The notes under the pieces are model-generated. The model was not told the origin of the DNA, did no database searches, and was given only the letters and a program-made list of their open reading frames with translations. A stretch of 34,399 nucleotides of DNA. It comes from Verrucomicrobiota bacterium. GTDB lineage: Bacteria; Verrucomicrobiota; Verrucomicrobiia; Verrucomicrobiales; Akkermansiaceae. The DNA lies in assembly GCA_041191425.1 (NCBI GenBank), contig JBEEOX010000001.1, positions 1-34,399 on the forward strand. The letters are read 5' to 3'. This document shows, piece after piece, positions 28,494 through 34,399 of this stretch (position 1 is its first letter; each line of letters starts with the position of its first letter). Made by a program: the position numbers and the translations under genes.

Positions 28494-30371
28494 ATGAGCT
28501 ACCGAAAGTCACCCGCTGACGTCGAGGGTATGCCGCCGGGCATTGCGCACATCATTGGCAACGAGGCGGCCGAGCGGTTTTCGTTTTATGGAATGAAGGC
28601 GGTGCTGGCGGTGTTCATGGTGCAGTACCTTCACCACATGGGCAACGGAGGTGCGCCGATCAGCGAGGCGGAAGCAACTGAGAAGGTACACTTGTTCAAT
28701 GGCGCGGTGTATCTGATGCCTTTGCTGGGCGCTTTGTTGGCGGATGTGTGGGTTGGAAAATATCGGACTATCATCTCGCTGTCGCTCGTGTATTGCGCGG
28801 GTCATGCCGCGCTGGCGGCGATGGGCTTGATCGGTGATCCTTATCAGTGGCTGATGCTTGGGTTGGGGCTCATTGCGCTCGGCTCTGGCGGGATCAAGCC
28901 CTGCGTCTCGGCGCATGTGGGCGATCAGTTTGGTTCGAGCAACGCGCATTTGTTGCCGAGGGTTTTCAACTGGTTTTATTTTTCGATCAACATCGGTGCT
29001 TTTGTGTCGATGTTGCTGACGCCGTGGTTGCTCGAGTGGCATGGTCCGCATTGGGCCTTTGGTGTGCCGGGGGTTTTGATGGCCTTGGCGACATGGGTGT
29101 TTTGGGCGGGGCGCAAACGCTTTGCGCATGTGCCAGCGGCGGGCATGGGATTTGTGCGCGAAGTGTTCAAAGGGGGAGGTCTGAAGGTGCTGCTCAAGCT
29201 CATGCCGATGTATGTTTTTGTTGCGATCTTTTGGGCTTTGTTTGATCAGACGGGCTCCACCTGGATTTTCCAATCGCAGGACATGGATCGAAATTTCCTC
29301 GGGTTCGAATGGCTGCCCTCGCAGGTGCAGGCGCTCAACTCGGTGTTTGTGCTCTTGTTCATTCCGCTTTTTTCGCACGGGCTTTATCCAGCGATCGATC
29401 GCGTGTGGAAGTTGTCGCCCTTGCGCAAAGTGGGTCTAGGTCTCTTCATCATGACCTTGTCATTCGCGCTCGTCGCGGAGATCCAGCAATGGATCGATGC
29501 GGGCGGCCGCCCCAACATCTCATGGCAAATTTTGGCCTTTGCTTTGCTCACGGCAGCCGAGGTCATGGTATCGATCGTCGCCTTGGAATTTGCCTACACG
29601 CAGGCCCCAAGGACGATGAAATCGGTGATGATGTGCTTTTATCTTGGCGCGGTGGCGATGGGGAATTTCTTCGTCGCCGGAGTGAATCACTTCATCCAAA
29701 TCCCCGAGGCGGCGGTGAGTCAGTTGGAAAGAAATCATGCTTCATTGATTGAAGCCAAACACAGCGGCAAGGTGACTCTTTCAGGTCATGACGGTTTGCT
29801 TGGCACGGCAGATGATTTGAGCGTCGAGTTGGTGGATGGCGCGGTGGCATCGTTAAAAATTCCGGGCGAAGAAATTTATCATCAGGCCGCCGATCGCATT
29901 ATGGATTTGGTGGAAGCAAAGGGCGGAAGTTTTCCAGCCGAGAATTTGCTCAATGAATGCCTTGCGGGTTTGAATGACTCGTGGGGCAATCCCTTGCGTG
30001 TTGAGATTTTGAACTCGTCGCGTTTGCGTGTGATCAGTGATGGAGCGGATCGCAAGACTGGCACCATGTGGGATGCGGGGCTGATGATTGAGCTGCCCGA
30101 AAAACCGCAGGAAAAACAGGCTTCGTGGTTGGATCGCTTGCGTCCTGCCGAGACTTGGCTCGAGCGCCAGAAGCGAGCGAGCGGCGGTGAGGAATCGGCA
30201 GCTGTCAGCGCGCCCAACAGTATTTCGCGCAGCGTCTTTTGTGGGGGTCAGACCAGATTGCGTGGCGCGGATTACTTTTGGTTTTTCGCGGGCCTGATGC
30301 TTCTCACTTCGGTGGCCTTTGTGCCTTACGCTCTATGGTACAAACCAAAGACCTGGCTGCAGGACGCGTGA
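28494..30371 (+). CDS. POT/PTR2-family proton-dependent oligopeptide transporter with a large inserted soluble domain
   Basis: ExxER motif NEAAERFSFYG, GSGGIKPCVSAHVGDQF, FYFSINIG, FWALFDQTGS and LEFAYTQAP..MKS. About 190 hydrophilic residues are inserted before the last TM helix. Confidence 0.93.
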   Translation: MSYRKSPADVEGMPPGIAHIIGNEAAERFSFYGMKAVLAVFMVQYLHHMGNGGAPISEAEATEKVHLFNGAVYLMPLLGALLADVWVGKYRTIISLSLVYCAGHAALAAMGLIGDPYQWLMLGLGLIALGSGGIKPCVSAHVGDQFGSSNAHLLPRVFNWFYFSINIGAFVSMLLTPWLLEWHGPHWAFGVPGVLMALATWVFWAGRKRFAHVPAAGMGFVREVFKGGGLKVLLKLMPMYVFVAIFWALFDQTGSTWIFQSQDMDRNFLGFEWLPSQVQALNSVFVLLFIPLFSHGLYPAIDRVWKLSPLRKVGLGLFIMTLSFALVAEIQQWIDAGGRPNISWQILAFALLTAAEVMVSIVALEFAYTQAPRTMKSVMMCFYLGAVAMGNFFVAGVNHFIQIPEAAVSQLERNHASLIEAKHSGKVTLSGHDGLLGTADDLSVELVDGAVASLKIPGEEIYHQAADRIMDLVEAKGGSFPAENLLNECLAGLNDSWGNPLRVEILNSSRLRVISDGADRKTGTMWDAGLMIELPEKPQEKQASWLDRLRPAETWLERQKRASGGEESAAVSAPNSISRSVFCGGQTRLRGADYFWFFAGLMLLTSVAFVPYALWYKPKTWLQDA

Positions 30372-30453
30372 GTCGTCGCTGCGTTGTTGGTAAAAAAGAA
30401 ACCACACTTTTTTCTAGCCGGCCTGTAAACGACCTGATTGAATACATTAACAC

Positions 30454-31389
30454 ATGGAAACACTACGCTGCATCCTGACTTTCTTGGTGGCCTTGAACTT
30501 GCCAACCTTCGCCAGCGTCACCATCGACTGGGTCACCGTGGGTAACCCTGGCAATGCGGCGGACACCACAGATGGCGACCAACTTGCTACAGGGGTTCAG
30601 CGATACGGTGCTGTCGGCTATTCTTACAAAATTGGTAAATATGAAGTGACCAATGCTCAGTATGGGGCTTTTCTCAATGCAGTAGCAAAAACCGATAACT
30701 ATGAGCTCTACAATGATAATATGTCGTCCTTTGGAATCACCCGAAGTGGCAACAGCGGCAGCTACACCTACTCGGTGACCACTGCCCTTGCTAATCGGCC
30801 CGTGGTCTATGTTTCCTGGTTAGACGCTGCCCGCTTTGCCAACTGGCTTGCGAATGGACAGGGAAGTGGCAGCACTGAAACGGGATCTTACACACTCGAT
30901 GGTGCGACCTATGGCATCTACTTGGCGAACGCCGGAGCTCAAATATATATTCCTACCGAAGACGAGTGGTACAAGGCTGCTTATTACAACGCAGCGAACT
31001 CGACCTACTCACTCTACCCTAACGGCCAGAACACGCTCACCACGGCGGATGCGAATTATGGCTCCAGTGTTGGCTCTGGCTCTAGCACAAATGTTGGCAC
31101 TTACAGTGGTGACCCGAGTTACTATGGCACCTTCGACCAGGGTGGCAACGTCTGGGAATGGAACGACGCGGCGGTTTCCGACGCGAATCGTGGGCTTCGT
31201 GGGGGCGCTTGGGCCAGCTCCTCTCCTAGCTATCATCTCGCCGGCCTGAGTTCGTCTAACCGGTACTCACAGGCGAATAATTATGAGTTTAACAACGTCG
31301 GCTTCCGCCTTGTGGCGGTCCCTGAGCCAAGTTCGTTGGCTTTAACGATGCTGTTCAGTGGAGCGATACTGGTTCGTCGCAGGAGATAA
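30454..31389 (+). CDS. PEP-CTERM-anchored FGE-sulfatase (SUMF1/C-type-lectin-fold) domain protein
   Basis: Signal peptide, WVTVGNPGNAAD, IGKYEVTNAQY, PVVYVSW.DAARF.NWL, PTEDEWYKAAY, DQGGNVWEW, RGGAW and VGFRL, then VPEPSS-TM-RRRR. Confidence 0.92.
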   Translation: METLRCILTFLVALNLPTFASVTIDWVTVGNPGNAADTTDGDQLATGVQRYGAVGYSYKIGKYEVTNAQYGAFLNAVAKTDNYELYNDNMSSFGITRSGNSGSYTYSVTTALANRPVVYVSWLDAARFANWLANGQGSGSTETGSYTLDGATYGIYLANAGAQIYIPTEDEWYKAAYYNAANSTYSLYPNGQNTLTTADANYGSSVGSGSSTNVGTYSGDPSYYGTFDQGGNVWEWNDAAVSDANRGLRGGAWASSSPSYHLAGLSSSNRYSQANNYEFNNVGFRLVAVPEPSSLALTMLFSGAILVRRRR

Positions 31390-31573
31390 ATTTTCCTCAC
31401 TGATGCCTCAGCCTTTTTCAAAAATGCCTTTGTATTTGGGAGGTGTTCGAAAATGAATTCTCATTCAGCGCGGGTTTCAAACCATGCATGGGCATTTTAT
31501 AACAAGTGGTGAAGACCATTCACTCGCGGGCTTGTGAAGCGGGTTGATGGGGTTTATTGAATGGTTCGTGTTG

Positions 31574-32503
31574 ATGCTGCGTCACTTGGAGGAGCTTGCT
31601 GGGCTGGATCAGCCCTTGCATTTGGCCTTGGGGGTTTTTGATGGGGTGCACTTGGGGCATCGGGCGGTGATTGGTGCGGCGGTGGAGGCGGCGAGGCGCG
31701 AGGGTGGCATGGCGGGTTTGTTGACCTTTCATCCGCATCCGATTCGGGTGATCGCGCCGGGCAAGGCGCCGGCGATGATGCTGACCACGCTCGGTCAGAA
31801 GATGGATTTGGCGGGAGCGCTGGGCTTGGAATTTTTTGTCGCTCTGAACTTCGACGCCGAGATCGCGGCGATGGAGGCGGCGGATTTTCTTGGGCGTCTT
31901 TGCCGGGCCGAGTTGCGCACGATCGCCGTGGGCGAGGACTGGCGTTTTGGTCGGGGTCGCTCGGGCGATGTGGCATTTTTGCGCGAGCATTCGATCAAGC
32001 ATGGGTATCGGCTGATCGCCGTGCCGCCAGTCATGGCCGAGGGGGATCGGATCAGCAGCACGCGGATTCGCCAGGCCATTCGAGATGGAAATTTGGCCGC
32101 CGCGGAGCGAATGCTGGGGCGGAAGCACTCGGTGCGGGGCGAGGTGCTCAAGGGAGCGAGGCTTGGGCACAAGCTAGGATTTCCGACCGCGAATTTGTCA
32201 GTCGCCGAGTTGCAGGTGCCGCCCGATGGAGTCTGGGTCGTGCGGGCGAGGGTCAACCATGGCGACTGGATGCCCGCGGTCGCGAACCTTGGTTTGCGTC
32301 CAACGGTCGACGGCGATCAGCGCCTATTGGAGGTGCATGTGCTGGATTTTTCGGCGGATCTTTACGGCTCTGAGCTTGAGGTCGAATTTGGGTGTCAACT
32401 TCGCGGGGAGAAGAAATTTTCCGGCTTGGAAGAGCTGAAGGCAGCGATCGGGCGGGATGTCGATGCGGCCCGGGCGTATTTTGCAGAAAAGGCCGAAGCC
32501 TAA
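31574..32503 (+). CDS. ribF: Bifunctional riboflavin kinase/FAD synthetase
   Basis: ALGVFDGVHLGH, LTFHPHP, VGEDWRFG, ISSTRIR, LGFPTAN, NLG.RPTV, LEVHVLDF and LRGEKKF. Start approximate (GTG 31568 or ATG 31574). Confidence 0.96.
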   Translation: MLRHLEELAGLDQPLHLALGVFDGVHLGHRAVIGAAVEAARREGGMAGLLTFHPHPIRVIAPGKAPAMMLTTLGQKMDLAGALGLEFFVALNFDAEIAAMEAADFLGRLCRAELRTIAVGEDWRFGRGRSGDVAFLREHSIKHGYRLIAVPPVMAEGDRISSTRIRQAIRDGNLAAAERMLGRKHSVRGEVLKGARLGHKLGFPTANLSVAELQVPPDGVWVVRARVNHGDWMPAVANLGLRPTVDGDQRLLEVHVLDFSADLYGSELEVEFGCQLRGEKKFSGLEELKAAIGRDVDAARAYFAEKAEA

Positions 32504-32512
32504 ATTTTTGAA

Positions 32513-32541
32513 TTGACGGCGAATCAGTTCTTTTGAACACT
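32513..32541 (+). promoter_or_regulatory. Sigma-70-like promoter overlapped by a LexA (SOS) box of the Verrucomicrobia type
   Basis: -35 TTGACG (32513-32518), 17-nt spacer, weak -10 AACACT (32536-32541). AGTTC-TTTT-GAACA (32526-32539) has one mismatch to the published Verrucomicrobia LexA motif TGTTC-N4-GAACA. Confidence 0.65.
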
Positions 32542-32547
32542 ATTCGC

Positions 32548-32685
32548 ATGAATACCATTCATTCGTTGATTGATCGGGTGCTGCCGGTGTTGGCCGACAA
32601 GTTGGGAATGCCCTTGCCGCGCAAGCCCGCGAGGCCGCGTCGGGTGGAGGTCCAGCTCGAGTTCGCATGGGCCCGCAAAAGGTGA
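32548..32685 (+). CDS. Small (45 aa) putative SOS-regulated protein with a QLEF motif
   Basis: Manual translation gives MNTIHSLIDRVLPVLADKLGMPLPRKPARPRRVEVQLEFAWARKR*. It fills the ribF-secretin gap, has GC-rich third positions and sits immediately behind the promoter/LexA box. Confidence 0.6.
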   Translation: MNTIHSLIDRVLPVLADKLGMPLPRKPARPRRVEVQLEFAWARKR

Positions 32686-32747
32686 AATTTCCAGATTTTG
32701 CGCTTACTCTCGACGGCCTGAGTCGATAGGCTCTGGTCAGCGTTCGA

Positions 32748-34399
32748 ATGTTGATTTTCAAACCCAGCAGATGGATCAGGCCAGTGGTGGCGTGTTGTTT
32801 GGCGGCTTGGCTGTCGGGCTTTTTGCAGGCCGATGGCGTGGGTGGCTCCGATGATGCGGCTTCGCGTGAATTGGCGCGGCGTGTGGTGTCGGTTCAGGAG
32901 GCGCAGGAATTGTTATTGAAGGGTGATGAGGCGTATGGGGTGGGGAAATTTGACGAAGCGGTTGCGGCATTTGCCGGGGCTTTGGAAATGCTTCCGAATG
33001 CGCCACAGACGGCGGAGTTGCGGTCGGCGGCGGCTGATCGATATGCCCAGGCAGCAGTGGAGCAGGCAAAAATTTTGTCGAAAAAGGGCGACATGGATGG
33101 TGCCAAGGCCTTGATGGACAAGGTGCTCGCCGAGGGTGCAGCGCCGCAACATGCGGGGGCCTTGGCCTTTCGCGCGCAGTTGGATGATCCGATCCGCAGC
33201 AATCCGGCGCTCGACGCTGAGCATGCTAAGGATGTCGATGAGGTGAGGCGTTTGCTCTACACTGCGCAAGGGGCCTATGATCTTGGGAAATTTGATGAGG
33301 CAAACCAGCGTTATGAAGAGGTGCTGAGGATTGATCCGACCAACAGCGCAGCGCGACGCGGCATGGAGAGAGTGGCGGCCGCCAAAAGCGATCATGGCCA
33401 GGCCACCTACGATCAAACGCGCGCGGAAATGCTGAGTCAGATCGATGCCGAATGGGAAAGACCGGTGCCCGCACCGGAGGATGCGCTTTTGCCAAGCGAT
33501 GGTGGTGCGAGCTTGATCGGGACGGAGGAAACAAGTCTCAAGTCGAAGCTCGATCAGATCATCATTCCGAGCATCGCGCTGGAGCAATCGTCGCTCGACG
33601 AAGCGCTCGATTTCCTACGACTCAAGGCCACCGAAAACGACAAGGTCGAGCTCGATCCAGCGCGCAGAGGTGTCAATTTTACGGTCAATCTTGGCGCTCC
33701 CGATTCCGAAGCATCCAAGCGGATCCGCTCCTTGCGCTTTGATCTGCGCCTTTCGCAAGTGCCTTTGTCCAAGGCCTTGCGTTACCTCACGGAGATGACG
33801 CAGACGGCATACAAGACCGATGAATTTTCGGTGATCATCACGCCTGCGGGATTTTCTTCGGACGATCTTGTTCTCCGTAGCTATCGGGTGCCGCCGGATT
33901 TTTTGACGGGGCTCAACAATGTAACGGGAAGTGAAACGGCTGCGGCCGATCCCTTCGGTGAAGCGCCAGCGCAAAGTGGTCTGCTGACTTCGCGTCTGAG
34001 CGCCCAGGAAGCGCTCGCCAAGCAAGGTGTCACGTTTCCTGAAGGAGCGAGCGCGCACTACAGCCCGGCAACCAACATTTTGAGAATCGTCAATACCGAG
34101 GCGAATCAAGAAACCATCGCGCAGATTATCGATGCCATGTCGCAAAGCGAGCCGGTCGCGGTGGCGGTGAAAGTCACGATGATTCGCACCCAGCAGACCA
34201 ACCTTGAGGAGTTGGGATTTGATTGGTTGCTGAGTGGCGCGGGCAACATCGACAACAGTGGGATCGCTGCAGGTGGGGGAACGCTTGGAAATGGCACGGC
34301 GCGTACGGCCGCTGATTTCACGGGCGAAGACATCGGTGATCCGCAGGGCATCATGACTGCGGGTTTGCGCAGCGGTGATGGGGCGGTGGGCAACAGCAG
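32748..34399 (+). CDS. Amuc_1098-like TPR-containing outer-membrane secretin (type IV pilus/T2SS); runs off the window end
   Basis: Not in the ORF track because there is no stop in the window. Manual translation gives MLIFKPSRWIRPVVACCLAAWLSGFLQA (signal), TPR-like helices, LDDPIRSNPAL, VLRIDPTNSAARRGME, KLDQIIIPSIALEQ.SL.EALDFLR, GVTFPEGASA and QTNLEELGFDW, the start of a secretin domain. Confidence 0.85.
   Translation, partial: MLIFKPSRWIRPVVACCLAAWLSGFLQADGVGGSDDAASRELARRVVSVQEAQELLLKGDEAYGVGKFDEAVAAFAGALEMLPNAPQTAELRSAAADRYAQAAVEQAKILSKKGDMDGAKALMDKVLAEGAAPQHAGALAFRAQLDDPIRSNPALDAEHAKDVDEVRRLLYTAQGAYDLGKFDEANQRYEEVLRIDPTNSAARRGMERVAAAKSDHGQATYDQTRAEMLSQIDAEWERPVPAPEDALLPSDGGASLIGTEETSLKSKLDQIIIPSIALEQSSLDEALDFLRLKATENDKVELDPARRGVNFTVNLGAPDSEASKRIRSLRFDLRLSQVPLSKALRYLTEMTQTAYKTDEFSVIITPAGFSSDDLVLRSYRVPPDFLTGLNNVTGSETAAADPFGEAPAQSGLLTSRLSAQEALAKQGVTFPEGASAHYSPATNILRIVNTEANQETIAQIIDAMSQSEPVAVAVKVTMIRTQQTNLEELGFDWLLSGAGNIDNSGIAAGGGTLGNGTARTAADFTGEDIGDPQGIMTAGLRSGDGAVGNS

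Noticed and set aside
30454-31389. Sulfatase-maturing FGE for the sulfatase at 10400
   Set aside because: It lacks the catalytic cysteines, is exported and PEP-CTERM anchored, and lies about 19 kb from the sulfatase.
31390-31573. FMN riboswitch upstream of ribF, or a second LexA box (TGTTC at 31444)
   Set aside because: No RFN consensus is visible, and TGTTC is not followed by GAACA at 4-nt spacing.

Overview
Chromosomal window from a GC-rich bacterium, most likely Verrucomicrobia (Luteolibacter/Akkermansia-like). That assignment is inferred from an Amuc_1098-type secretin, a PEP-CTERM protein and a Verrucomicrobia-type LexA box. Housekeeping genes (yejB-like ABC permease, pheS, pheT, purH, ribE/ribC, alaS, M29 aminopeptidase, purN, ribF) are interleaved with accessory loci. 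These are: a TerB-like gene splitting pheS-pheT; a circularly permuted ATP-grasp/alpha-E/transglutaminase operon with a sigma-54-like promoter and a poly-Q tail; a 206-bp MITE-like hairpin element; a sulfatase; an agmatine deiminase; an AT-rich two-gene island (membrane J-domain protein plus orphan) bracketed by mosaics of GTAG-type REP hairpins and 7/9/10-nt periodic repeats; an Hsp20/DksA-like/hydrolase/PRTase stress block; a POT peptide transporter with a pseudopilin-like inserted domain; and a PEP-CTERM FGE-fold protein. The most novel-looking signal is a 45-aa ORF (32548-32685) absent from the ORF track. It lies directly behind a LexA-box-like operator overlapping a sigma-70-like promoter and ends in a QLEF sliding-clamp-binding-like motif. 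No rRNA, tRNA or CRISPR array was recognised. All calls come from reading the sequence and motif recognition; no database searches were run.
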